NCBI GenBank assembly: GCA_015067675.1
Contig: SVMB01000001.1
Location: forward strand, 65,757 to 129,756
Direction of reading: 5' to 3'
From: Oscillospiraceae bacterium
GTDB taxonomy: Bacteria; Bacillota; Clostridia; Oscillospirales; QAMX01
DNA length: 64,000 nucleotides
Of this stretch, positions 18,741-28,177 are shown piece after piece. Below the pieces are notes generated by a model, which saw only the letters and a list, made by a program, of their open reading frames with translations, had not been told where the DNA came from and searched no databases. Both the position numbers and the translations under genes were made by a program. The first letter of the stretch is position 1; each line of letters opens with the position of its first letter.

Positions 18741-19799
18741 GTGATGTTAGGGTTGAAAAAGCTTGTTTCGTTTGCACTTGTGTGTGTGATGGTGATGACT
18801 CTGGTACTGTCCGGCTGCGGCGGTAACTCCGATGTGACGACGTTGTACGTCTATAACTGGGGTGACTATATCGCGGAAGATGTACTGGATATGTTTACCG
18901 AAGAAACGGGCATCAAGGTGGTCTATGACACCTATGAGCAGAATGAGGATATGTACACCAAGATCACTTCCGGCGGTTCTTCCAAGATCGACGTGATCTT
19001 CCCCTCTGAGTATATCATCGAGAAGATGATCAATGAGGATCTGCTGGCAGAGATCAACTACGATAACGTGCCCAACATGGCGCTCATCGACGATAAGTAT
19101 AAGGATCAGTCCTATGATCCCGGCAACAAGTACTCCGTTCCCTATATGTGGGGTACGCTGGGTATCGTTTATGATGCCACCCGTGTGTCCGAGCCCATCG
19201 ACAGCTGGGAAGACCTGTGGGATCCCCAGTATAAGGGCGAAATCCTGATGTGGGACTCCATGCGTGACTCCATGGGCCTGTCTCTCAAGCTTCTGGGCTA
19301 TTCGATGAACTCTACCAATATGGATGAGCTCACCGCCGCCCGTGACAAGCTCATGGAGCAGAAGCCTCTGGTTCTCAACTACGCCGGTGACCAGATGAAG
19401 GACAACATGATTGCGGGTGAGGCCATCATGGCTGTTATGTACTCCGGTGATGCCATCACTGTTATGGATTCCAATGAGAATCTGGACTATGTGGTGCCCA
19501 AGGAAGGCTCCAACATCTGGTTTGACAGTATGTGTATCCTCAAGTCCAGCACCAACAAGGAAGCTGCGGAACAGTTCATCAACTTCATGTGCCGCACCGA
19601 TATTGCGGAGATGAACCGTGCCTACATCAACTATTCCACGCCTCAGCGCGAGGTTTATGAGAACCTCCCCGATGAAATCCGGAACGATCAGCGTCAGTAT
19701 CCCGATGACAGCATCTTTGAGCTGTGCGAGGTCTACGAGGATCTGGGCGAGTTTACCGATACCTACGCCGAGTTCTGGTTCCAGGTTATTGCCTCCTGA
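18741..19799 (+). CDS. potD: Spermidine/putrescine-binding lipoprotein
   Basis: Lipobox LVLSGCGG. PotD-like blocks: LYVYNWGDYI, DVIFPSEY, SVPYMWGT, NIWFDSMCI. Confidence 0.85.
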   Translation: MMLGLKKLVSFALVCVMVMTLVLSGCGGNSDVTTLYVYNWGDYIAEDVLDMFTEETGIKVVYDTYEQNEDMYTKITSGGSSKIDVIFPSEYIIEKMINEDLLAEINYDNVPNMALIDDKYKDQSYDPGNKYSVPYMWGTLGIVYDATRVSEPIDSWEDLWDPQYKGEILMWDSMRDSMGLSLKLLGYSMNSTNMDELTAARDKLMEQKPLVLNYAGDQMKDNMIAGEAIMAVMYSGDAITVMDSNENLDYVVPKEGSNIWFDSMCILKSSTNKEAAEQFINFMCRTDIAEMNRAYINYSTPQREVYENLPDEIRNDQRQYPDDSIFELCEVYEDLGEFTDTYAEFWFQVIAS

Positions 19800-19822
19800 G
19801 TGAATAGACAAAAATGAATGAT

Positions 19823-19867
19823 AAACAGGACGTATTGTAGCAGGAAATACGTCCTGTTTGCTTTTTT
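19823..19867 (+). terminator. Intrinsic terminator of the pot operon
   Basis: AAACAGGACGTATT-loop-AATACGTCCTGTTT, a perfect 14-bp stem, followed by GCTTTTTT. Confidence 0.8.
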
Positions 19868-19981
19868 GTACGAAGAGTTCGCAGAAGCGGCATGGAAAAG
19901 CTGTTGACACTGACAGAAAATTCTGGTTTAATATAGGTAGTGTGTGTCTGCCCGACGGGCTAATTTAAAGGAGGAATTGAT

Positions 19982-20857
19982 ATGAGAAAGTGTATGATCT
20001 CCGGCTTTGCCGATGAGGCGAGCAAGGATTTTCTGACGCAGGTTGAAACTGTGAAGAAGCTGGGCATGGAGTATCTGTGCCTGCGTGCTCTTGATGGCCG
20101 CTCCATCGCCGACTATACCGAGGCTGAGGCCGTCAATTACATCAAGCCCAAGCTCGATGAGTATGGCCTGAAGGTTTCGTCCATCGGTTCTCCCATCGGT
20201 AAGGTGCCGGTCAATGATGAGGAAGCCTTTGAAAAGCAGCTGGTGCAGCTGGAAGAGCTGTGTAAGATCGCAAACGTCGTGGGCGCCAGGTACATCCGTC
20301 TCTTCAGCTTCTATATGCCCAAGGATGAGGATCCCGCGCCCTATTTTGATACCGTCGTCGCCAAGATGCGCCGCTTTGTCGAGATCTGCGACCGCTACGG
20401 CGTCATTGCCATGCATGAAAACGAAAAGGGTATCTACGGCGATACCGGCGCACGCTGCCTGGAGCTGTATAAGGCTTTCGAAGGCACCACCATGGCGGCT
20501 GCCTATGACTTTGCAAACTACGTCCAGTGTGACGAGGATCCTGTTGAGTGCTATGAGCTCGTGAAGGATTATATCGCCTACGTGCACGTCAAGGATGCCC
20601 GTAAGTCTGACCACCGCAACGTGCTCTGCGCCACCGGTGACGGCCAGATCCCGAAGATCCTTGCCGACCTCAAGGCTCGCGGCTACGACGGCTTCCTGAC
20701 CATGGAGCCCCATCTGCGTACCTTTGAGAGCCTGAAGAACCTGGAAGCCACCGTCGCCGAGACTCTGGTTCAGGATGCCTACGAAGACGGCGTGTCCGCC
20801 TACACTGCCCAGTATAATGCCCTGTGCGCGGTGCTCGACAGCATCGGCGTCAACTGA
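19982..20857 (+). CDS. Sugar phosphate isomerase/epimerase (xylose-isomerase-like TIM barrel)
   Basis: 291 aa with an AP-endonuclease-2/xylose-isomerase-like pattern (IRLFSFY, AMHENEKG, HVKDA, FLTMEPH). SD AAAGGAGG upstream. Confidence 0.85.
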   Translation: MRKCMISGFADEASKDFLTQVETVKKLGMEYLCLRALDGRSIADYTEAEAVNYIKPKLDEYGLKVSSIGSPIGKVPVNDEEAFEKQLVQLEELCKIANVVGARYIRLFSFYMPKDEDPAPYFDTVVAKMRRFVEICDRYGVIAMHENEKGIYGDTGARCLELYKAFEGTTMAAAYDFANYVQCDEDPVECYELVKDYIAYVHVKDARKSDHRNVLCATGDGQIPKILADLKARGYDGFLTMEPHLRTFESLKNLEATVAETLVQDAYEDGVSAYTAQYNALCAVLDSIGVN

Positions 20858-20876
20858 TAAGAAGGAGAGTATCACC

Positions 20877-22361
20877 ATGGCTGATCGTCATCAGTTCCAG
20901 ACCGTAACGCCCGAAAGCGTCGGCGTGCCTTCTGCGGCCGTCGAGCGCTTCCTCAAGCGCCTGACCGAAACCAAACGCTTCCCCATGCACAGCGTGCTGC
21001 TGCTGCGTGACGGCAAAATCTTCTCCGAAACCTACTGGAAGCCCTTCAACGCCGAGCGCAAGCATCGTATGTACTCTGTTTCCAAGAGCTTTACCTCCGC
21101 TGCCATCGGTATGCTCATCGGCGACGGTAAGATTGCTCTGAATGACCCCATCGTCAAGTATTTCCCCGACATGGCTACCGAGCCCGTCAACCGTTACATG
21201 GCTGATACCACCATCCGCGACCTGCTGATGATGAGCACCTGTAACTACCGCAATGCCTATTCCTTTGAGACCACCGACTGGGCCCGCGACTTTATCGCGT
21301 TCCCCTCCGATCACTGGGGCGGTCATGTGTTCTCTTACGATACCGCTGCCACCACTACGCTGGACGTGCTCATCAAGCGCGTGTCCGGCATGGAGTTGTG
21401 CGACTTCCTGCGTGACCGTCTGTTCCGTCCTGCCGGTATGAGCGAGGATATCTGGTGTGTCCAGACGCCCTGCGGTCATGATTGGGGCGGCTCCGGTATC
21501 CAGGCTACTCCCCGTGACCTGGCGAAGTTTGCCGTGGTCTGCGCCAACGGCGGATCCTATAACGGCCAGCAGCTCATCCCCGAGGATTACATCCGCGCCG
21601 CTACCTCCTGGCAGATCGACAACACCGTGCGCAATTCCACCATGTGCGAACAGCAGGGCTACGGTTACCAGTTCTGGCAGGCGCCCCATAACGGCTGGGC
21701 CATGCTGGGCATGGGCAGCCAGAACGCGCTGGTGTTCCCCGAGCAGCGTCTGATTGTCATCACCACCGCCGATACCCAGGGCTACAGCACCGCCATCGAG
21801 GATATCTACGATGCGATCTTTGATGAGCTGTTCCCGTATCTTGAGAAGTATGATTCCCTGCCTGAAAATGAGGCGGGTTATAAGGAGCTGCTGGCGTACT
21901 CCGAGACCAAGGATATGCCTCTGCTCGTGGGCGAAGCCCACTCCGATATCGAGTCTGCCGTTACCGGCAAGACTTATAAGCTCTCCGAGAACGTGATGGG
22001 CATCGAGAGCGTGAAGTTTGACTTCGAGGGCGAGCAGGTCAAGCTCACCTGGGTCAATGAAAACGGCGTTCAGGAGCTCAACTACGGCCTGTGCTGCTAT
22101 GTTGAGGATACCTTCCCCGAAACCCATTACGAAGCCAGAAAGATCGGCACCCCCGAAAATCGCGGCCTTGAGTGCCACAGCACCGCTGCCTGGGTTGAGC
22201 CTGCTTCTATTCGCCTGACCTGCTATGCCACCGACGTCTGCATGGGTAATCTCCATATGCAGTTCACCTTCGACGGCGATACGGTCACGCTGCTGTGCAC
22301 CAAGAATGCCGAGAATTTCTTCCATAAGTATATCGGCTTTGCTTCCGGTACCTGCGCATAA
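20877..22361 (+). CDS. Beta-lactamase-fold serine hydrolase with a ~150-aa C-terminal beta-rich domain, paralog 1 (most divergent)
   Basis: Start at ATG 20877 after AAGGAGAG. SxxK nucleophile motif in MYSVSKSFTSAAIG, FSYDTAAT (Tyr motif), CGHDWGGSG. No signal peptide. Confidence 0.85.
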   Translation: MADRHQFQTVTPESVGVPSAAVERFLKRLTETKRFPMHSVLLLRDGKIFSETYWKPFNAERKHRMYSVSKSFTSAAIGMLIGDGKIALNDPIVKYFPDMATEPVNRYMADTTIRDLLMMSTCNYRNAYSFETTDWARDFIAFPSDHWGGHVFSYDTAATTTLDVLIKRVSGMELCDFLRDRLFRPAGMSEDIWCVQTPCGHDWGGSGIQATPRDLAKFAVVCANGGSYNGQQLIPEDYIRAATSWQIDNTVRNSTMCEQQGYGYQFWQAPHNGWAMLGMGSQNALVFPEQRLIVITTADTQGYSTAIEDIYDAIFDELFPYLEKYDSLPENEAGYKELLAYSETKDMPLLVGEAHSDIESAVTGKTYKLSENVMGIESVKFDFEGEQVKLTWVNENGVQELNYGLCCYVEDTFPETHYEARKIGTPENRGLECHSTAAWVEPASIRLTCYATDVCMGNLHMQFTFDGDTVTLLCTKNAENFFHKYIGFASGTCA

Positions 22362-22377
22362 GTAGGGAGGACGCTGC

Positions 22378-23883
22378 ATGAGTCGTTTTGAACTGCCGGT
22401 CTCGACGCCGGAAAGCGTTGGCATCCCGTCGGCGGCGATTCAGAGATTCCTGAACCGTCTGGAAGAGAAACGTCTCCCGATGCACAGTGTTCTGATGCAG
22501 CGCGGCGGCAAAATGGTCTTTGAAAACTACTGGAAGCCCTTTGATAAGGATCGTAAGCACCGCATGTACTCCACCAGCAAGAGTTTTACCTCTGCTGCCA
22601 TCGGTATTCTGGCCGGTGAGGGAAAAATCAGCCTTGATGATCCGATGATCAAGTTTTTCCCCGATAAGGTGCCGGAAAATGTGCATCCCTGGATTGCCGA
22701 AACAACCATCCGTCATATGCTGAAGATGACCATGCCCACCAACGGTACCTCCTATAAGTGGTATGATCCGGATTGGGCCGATTCCGTCTTCAACGATAAA
22801 CCTACCCATCGCCCCGGTCAGATTTTCTCCTATAACACCAGTGCGCCCGACATGATGTGCAATATCATCAAGCGTGTCACCGGTCAGGATCTGACCGAGT
22901 ACCTCAGAGACCGCTTCTTTGAGCCTGCGGGCATGAATACCGATATCTGGTGCATTCAGTCTCCCTGCGGCCATGATTGGGGCGGCTCCGGCGTCATGTG
23001 TACGCCCCGCGACCTGATGAAGTTCGCGCTGGTGTTCCTCAATGAAGGTAAGCTCAACGGCAAGCAGATCGTGCCTGCCGATTATGCCCGCGACGCGGTT
23101 TCCAAGCTCGTTGACAACAGCTTCCGGGCCACCAATCCCGAAAAGGCTTTCGGCTACGGCTACCAGTTCTGGCGTCATCGCCACGGCTGGTTTACCTCCG
23201 GCATGGGCAGCCAGCTTGCCATCGCCTTCCCGGAGCAGGATTTCATCTGCGTCACCACCGCCGATACCCAGGGCTATCCCTCCGCTGCGCTCAAAATCAT
23301 TGAGTCGCTCAGCCTGGAGATTCTGCCGTACCTTGAGGCAGGTTCCTCTCTGCCGGAAGATCCCGCGGCCCATCAGGCGCTGCTGGACGCCGTGTCTGAC
23401 CGGGAAATCCTCTGCTGCAAGGGTGAAAAAGAGTCCCCGCTTGCAGCCATGGTCTCCGGCAAGACCTATAAGATGTACGATAATACCATGAATATCTCCT
23501 GGATGCGCTTTACCTTTGAAGGGGATGAAGGCGTCTGGGAATATGAAAACGATACCGGCGTTCACGCCATCCGCTTTGGCTTCGGCCATCAGGTCAGCGG
23601 GGAATTCCCGGATTGTATGGTCAGTAAGGGTAATCCCGAACGCCATTATTTCGGCAAAACCATCGGTACGCCGCCCGATCACGGCTACGATATCTGTACC
23701 AGCGCCGGTTGGGTGGGGGATAAGGGCCTGCTTGTCTGGTGCCATGTAATTGACGACTATTTCGGCTCCCTCAGACTCAACTTCGCATTCGAGGAAAACC
23801 GCGTGACGCTTCTTTCCGTGAAGTGCGCCGAATGGTTCTTCAATGAATACAGCGACGGCTTTGCTTCCGGCATTGCCGAGTAA
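22378..23883 (+). CDS. Beta-lactamase-fold serine hydrolase, paralog 2
   Basis: 501 aa. MYSTSKSFTSAAIG, FSYNTSAP, CGHDWGGSG. Same domain order as its neighbours. No signal peptide. Confidence 0.85.
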   Translation: MSRFELPVSTPESVGIPSAAIQRFLNRLEEKRLPMHSVLMQRGGKMVFENYWKPFDKDRKHRMYSTSKSFTSAAIGILAGEGKISLDDPMIKFFPDKVPENVHPWIAETTIRHMLKMTMPTNGTSYKWYDPDWADSVFNDKPTHRPGQIFSYNTSAPDMMCNIIKRVTGQDLTEYLRDRFFEPAGMNTDIWCIQSPCGHDWGGSGVMCTPRDLMKFALVFLNEGKLNGKQIVPADYARDAVSKLVDNSFRATNPEKAFGYGYQFWRHRHGWFTSGMGSQLAIAFPEQDFICVTTADTQGYPSAALKIIESLSLEILPYLEAGSSLPEDPAAHQALLDAVSDREILCCKGEKESPLAAMVSGKTYKMYDNTMNISWMRFTFEGDEGVWEYENDTGVHAIRFGFGHQVSGEFPDCMVSKGNPERHYFGKTIGTPPDHGYDICTSAGWVGDKGLLVWCHVIDDYFGSLRLNFAFEENRVTLLSVKCAEWFFNEYSDGFASGIAE

Positions 23884-23894
23884 GGAGACAGCAT

Positions 23895-25382
23895 ATGAGT
23901 CGTTATGAATTGCCTGTATGCACGCCCGAAAGTGTGGGCATTCCCTCGTCGGCGGTTCAGAGATTTCTTGAAAAGCTGGAAGAAAAGCGCCTGCCCATGC
24001 ACAGCGTGCTGATGCAGCGGCACGGAAAGATGCTTTTTGAGACTTACTGGAAGCCCTACGATCAGGATCGCAAGCACCGCATGTATTCCACCAGCAAGAG
24101 CTTTGTTTCCACAGCCATCGGTATGCTGGCAGGAGAGGGTAAGCTTTCGCTGGATGATAAGGCTGTCAGCTTTTTCCCGGAGTATATCACCGAGGACCTG
24201 AGTCCCTATACCGCCGAAACCACCGTGCGTGATCTGCTGATGATGGCACAGCCCTTTGCCAGGGATGCCTATGCCTATTCCGATCAGGACCCTGACTGGA
24301 CTCTGCGCTTCTTCCAGACGAAGGCGGATCACAAGCCCGGCAAGCTTTTCCTGTATAATACCCTCTCGACTGTTATGCTCTGCATGATCGTCAAGCGTGT
24401 CTCCGGTGAGGAATTCACCGATTATCTGCGGACGCGTTTCTTTGAGCCCGCCGGCATGAACACCGACATCTGGACCATCAAGTCCCCCTGTGGTCATGAC
24501 TGGGGCGGCTCAGCCCTGCACTGCACCTCCCGCGATCTGATGAAGTTTGCGATGGTGTACATGGGCGAGGGCTTCTTCAACGGCAAGCAGATTGTGCCTG
24601 CCGGGTATGCCCGTGATGCGGTATCACCTCTCATCGATAACTCCATGACCGCTTCCAATCACACGGAGGAGTGGGGATACGGCTATAAGTTCTGGCGCCA
24701 TCAGTACGGCTGGTCCTGCCGCGGTATGGGCAGCCAGCTGGCCATCGCTTTCCCGGCGTATGACTTTATCCTCGTCACCACCGCCGATACCCAGGCACTC
24801 TCCGGCGGCGACCGGATCATTTTCGAGTCGGCCTATGAAGAGCTGCTGCCGTATCTGCAGAAAGACGCCGCTCTGCCCGAGGATGCGGAAGCTGCTGCAG
24901 CACTGCAGGCTTATACCGGGAAAGTCTGCCGCGAGCTCATCTGCACTGAGGGTGAAAAAACCTCATCCTTTGCCGATGCCGTCAATGGCAGAACCTACCG
25001 GATGGATGAAAATAAAATGCAGCTGAAGTGGATGCGTTTCCGCTTTGAAGGCGACGAAGGTGTCTGGGAGTATGAAAATGCCACCGGCGTTCACGCTATT
25101 CGCTTCGGCCTCGGCCATCAGGTGGAGGGTGTATTCCCCGAAACCCATTATTACGGCAAAAAGATCGGCGAACCTCTGGGACGGGGTTATGAAATCCATA
25201 CCAGCGCCGGTTGGATCAGAGATGATAATCTGAAGCTGACCGTTTATGCCACAGATTACTTTATCGGAACCCTGCGCATCAATTTTGCCTTCGATGGCGA
25301 TACCGTTACGGCCTACGCCACCAAGAACGCGGAGTGGTTCTTCCAGGAATATCAGGGCTTTGCCACAGGCACAGCCCAATAA
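23895..25382 (+). CDS. Beta-lactamase-fold serine hydrolase, paralog 3
   Basis: 495 aa. MYSTSKSFVSTAIG, FLYNTLST, CGHDWGGSA. SD AAGGAGA upstream. Confidence 0.85.
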   Translation: MSRYELPVCTPESVGIPSSAVQRFLEKLEEKRLPMHSVLMQRHGKMLFETYWKPYDQDRKHRMYSTSKSFVSTAIGMLAGEGKLSLDDKAVSFFPEYITEDLSPYTAETTVRDLLMMAQPFARDAYAYSDQDPDWTLRFFQTKADHKPGKLFLYNTLSTVMLCMIVKRVSGEEFTDYLRTRFFEPAGMNTDIWTIKSPCGHDWGGSALHCTSRDLMKFAMVYMGEGFFNGKQIVPAGYARDAVSPLIDNSMTASNHTEEWGYGYKFWRHQYGWSCRGMGSQLAIAFPAYDFILVTTADTQALSGGDRIIFESAYEELLPYLQKDAALPEDAEAAAALQAYTGKVCRELICTEGEKTSSFADAVNGRTYRMDENKMQLKWMRFRFEGDEGVWEYENATGVHAIRFGLGHQVEGVFPETHYYGKKIGEPLGRGYEIHTSAGWIRDDNLKLTVYATDYFIGTLRINFAFDGDTVTAYATKNAEWFFQEYQGFATGTAQ

Positions 25383-25394
25383 GGAGATAATTAC

Positions 25395-26882
25395 ATGAGT
25401 CGTTATGAATTGCCCGTTGCAACTCCCGAAAGTGTGGGCATTCCGTCGGCTGCGATTCAGAAATTTCTGAACAGGCTCGAGGAAAAGCGCCTGCCCATGC
25501 ACAGCATTCTGATGCTGCGCCATGGCAAACTCGTTTTTGAAACCTATTGGAAGCCCTTTGATAAGGATCGCAAGCACCGCATGTATTCCACCAGCAAGAG
25601 CTTTGTCTCCGCTGCGATTGGTATCCTTGCCGGTGAGGGTAAGATCAGCCTGGACGACACCGTCGCCAGCTTCTTCCCCGATCTTGCGCCCAAGAATATG
25701 CATCCCTACGTTGCCTGCGCCACCATCCGCGATATGCTCATGATGGCAACCCCCTTCCTTTACGGTCACTGCACCTATAGCGATCAGTGCCAGGATTGGG
25801 CCAAGTCCTTCTTCGATGCCGAGCCCTCCCATCTGCCCGGCAAGATCTTTTCCTACGATACCACCGCCACCGTCATGCTCAGCATCATCATCAAGCGTGT
25901 CACCGGCGTGGAGTTCACCGAGTACCTGCGTGACCGTTTCTTCGAGCCCGCCGGTATGAACACCGATATCTGGTGTGTCGAGACTCCCTGCGGCCATGAG
26001 TGGGGCGGCTCCGGCGTGGAATGCACCCCCCGCGACCTGATGAAGTTTGCACTGGTGTTCTTAAACGGCGGTAAGCTCAACGGTAAGCAGATTGTCCCCG
26101 AGGATTATGCCCGCGCTGCCGTTTCCCGCCAGATCGACAACAGCTTCACTGCCGGCTCCGCCGAGCATACCTTTGGCTACGGCTACCAGTTCTGGCGTCA
26201 TCGCTACGGCTGGTCCTGCCGCGGTATGGGCAGCCAGTTGGCCATTGCCTTCCCGGATCAGGACTTCATCTGCATCACTACCGGCGATACCCAGGCGGTT
26301 CCCGCCGGCTGCGGCAACATCTATGATGCCCTGTATGCCGAGATTCTGCCTTGCCTGAACGAAAACGAGAGCCTACCCGAGGATCCCGCAGGCCATCAGG
26401 CGCTGCTGGATGCCACTGCCGATCAGGAACTGCTCTGCTGCGTCGGCAAGCATGAGTCTCCTCTGGCTGGTATTGTCTCTGGTAAGACCTATCGCATGGA
26501 TCCCAATGGCAAAAAGCCTCTCAAGTGGGTCCGCTTCAACTTCGAGGGCGATGAAGGCACGATGGAATACGAAAACGAAACCGGCGTTCATGCCATCCGT
26601 TTCGGCTTCGGCCATCAGGTCAAGGGCGTGTTCCCCGAGACGCATTACTACGGCAAGCGCATCGGTACTCCCGCAGGCCGTGGCTATGAGTGCCATGCCA
26701 GCGCCGGCTGGGTAGGCGAGCAGGGGCTGCTCATCTACATCTACGCCACCGATGACTATCTGGGAACGATCAAGATGAACTTTGCATTCGTGGATGACCG
26801 CATCACTCTGCAGTCCTTCACCAACGCTGAGTGGTTCTTCAGAGAGTATAACGATATCATCTGCGCCGGTGTTGCCGAATAA
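25395..26882 (+). CDS. Beta-lactamase-fold serine hydrolase, paralog 4
   Basis: 495 aa. MYSTSKSFVSAAIG, FSYDTTAT, CGHEWGGSG. SD AAGGAGA upstream. Confidence 0.85.
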   Translation: MSRYELPVATPESVGIPSAAIQKFLNRLEEKRLPMHSILMLRHGKLVFETYWKPFDKDRKHRMYSTSKSFVSAAIGILAGEGKISLDDTVASFFPDLAPKNMHPYVACATIRDMLMMATPFLYGHCTYSDQCQDWAKSFFDAEPSHLPGKIFSYDTTATVMLSIIIKRVTGVEFTEYLRDRFFEPAGMNTDIWCVETPCGHEWGGSGVECTPRDLMKFALVFLNGGKLNGKQIVPEDYARAAVSRQIDNSFTAGSAEHTFGYGYQFWRHRYGWSCRGMGSQLAIAFPDQDFICITTGDTQAVPAGCGNIYDALYAEILPCLNENESLPEDPAGHQALLDATADQELLCCVGKHESPLAGIVSGKTYRMDPNGKKPLKWVRFNFEGDEGTMEYENETGVHAIRFGFGHQVKGVFPETHYYGKRIGTPAGRGYECHASAGWVGEQGLLIYIYATDDYLGTIKMNFAFVDDRITLQSFTNAEWFFREYNDIICAGVAE

Positions 26883-26902
26883 TCGCAATTTGACATGAAA
26901 AA

Positions 26903-26933
26903 AGAGAGGGAGTCACGGGACTTCCTCTCTTTT
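26903..26933. terminator. Bidirectional hairpin terminator
   Basis: AGAGAGGGAGTC-ACGG-GACTTCCTCTCT, flanked by AAAAA upstream and TTT downstream, between convergent genes. Confidence 0.6.
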
Positions 26934-26950
26934 GACGCTATTGAGTGTTT

Positions 26951-28093
26951 TTAGACGGGCCTTCCCTTGGAGATAACGCGGGAGACGTTGAAATTGTCGT
27001 CTGCGATGACGATATCGGCATCGGCGCCTTCCATCAGCGCACCGATTTTGCCGCAGAGTCCCAGCATCTTCGCCGGAACCTCGGAGGCCATGCGCCAGAC
27101 GATCTCAGTAGGCAGACCGCTGTGCCGCTTCATATTGAAGCAGGCCTTGTCCATGGTCAGCTTGCTGCCGGAAAGACCGCCGCTTTCGGTGAATTTCACA
27201 TCCACCTCGTCGGGATCGTGGGGCAGGAAGGAGAATCTGCCGTCGGGACGGGCAATGGGATGCTCGATCATCGCGGTTGCGTCGGTGACGATGAGAACCT
27301 TCTGCCAGCCCTTGCAGCGCAGGCAGAGACGGATGTACTCGGGCTTTACGTGACGGCCGTCGTTGTCGGGGATGATCTCGGCGTAGACATCATCGTCCAG
27401 ATCGACAAACTCGTCCAGTCCGATCGTGCGCACACCGCCGCGATGGGTATAATCGCCGGAGGCGCAGTAGTGATGCGTGGCAGTGCGCAGACCGTAGCGT
27501 TTGAGCATTGCATACTGCTCACGGCTGCTGCTGCCGTGGCCGGTGGCCAGAATGATGCCGCGTTCCCGGATGAGCGCGAGGATCGGCTCGGCATTTTCGG
27601 CATCGGGGGAGACCATAATCATGCGCAGCGCGTCGCCGCAGGCGTCCAGCAGATCGGTGGCGTTTTCAATGGTGGGGTCGGTGAAGAACTGCGCCTTTGC
27701 CCCGAAATTGGGATTCTTGAAGGGGCCTTCGGAGAAGATGCCGAGGATGGAGGGATACTCCTTCATGGCTTCACGGATGCGGTGCGCCTGAACAAGACGT
27801 TCTGCACGCTCGGTACCGTAACTCAGGGTTGCCAGAACCGAGGTGGAGCCGTGACGCAGATGTTCGGTGGCATAGACCGCCGGATCCACGCCGCAGCGGA
27901 TGTTGGAGGCGTGACAGTGCACGTCGATAAAGCCGGGGCCGACATTGAGTCCGCCCGCGTCAATCACCTGCGCACCTTCCGGGATTGCGCGGGGGTGACC
28001 TGCGTAGAGGATACGTCCGTTATCCGTTAAAACCATGCCGTCGCTGAGCACGCGATCCGGCAGTATGAGCGTTGCATTGGTGATTGCAAGCAT
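26951..28093 (-). CDS. NagA-family amidohydrolase (N-acetylglucosamine-6-phosphate deacetylase-like, divergent)
   Basis: Start at ATG 28093 after AGGAGGA. GFIDVHCHA metal motif, SEGPF (NagA EGPF block), ATGHGSS, ATHHY, and DADIVIAD near the C-terminus. Confidence 0.8.
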   Translation of the reverse strand: MLAITNATLILPDRVLSDGMVLTDNGRILYAGHPRAIPEGAQVIDAGGLNVGPGFIDVHCHASNIRCGVDPAVYATEHLRHGSTSVLATLSYGTERAERLVQAHRIREAMKEYPSILGIFSEGPFKNPNFGAKAQFFTDPTIENATDLLDACGDALRMIMVSPDAENAEPILALIRERGIILATGHGSSSREQYAMLKRYGLRTATHHYCASGDYTHRGGVRTIGLDEFVDLDDDVYAEIIPDNDGRHVKPEYIRLCLRCKGWQKVLIVTDATAMIEHPIARPDGRFSFLPHDPDEVDVKFTESGGLSGSKLTMDKACFNMKRHSGLPTEIVWRMASEVPAKMLGLCGKIGALMEGADADIVIADDNFNVSRVISKGRPV

Positions 28094-28177
28094 AGGGGAG
28101 TCCTCCTCGTTGTTTGTGTCAATACCTTTATTATAAGCTTGTTTTGTGAATGATGTCAATGAAAAGGAGCGGTTGCC

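Noticed and set aside
20850-25997. Long minus-strand ORFs (524, 486, 246 and 344 aa) covering the serine hydrolase array.
   Set aside because: They mirror the plus-strand genes, lack SD sequences and motifs, and have antisense-type composition. The plus-strand frames carry the conserved catalytic motifs in all four copies.
20877-26882. Calling the four genes beta-lactamases or antibiotic-resistance genes.
   Set aside because: There are no signal peptides or lipoboxes, and each has an extra C-terminal domain. The family also includes esterases, amidases and D-aminopeptidases. Only the fold can be asserted from the sequence.
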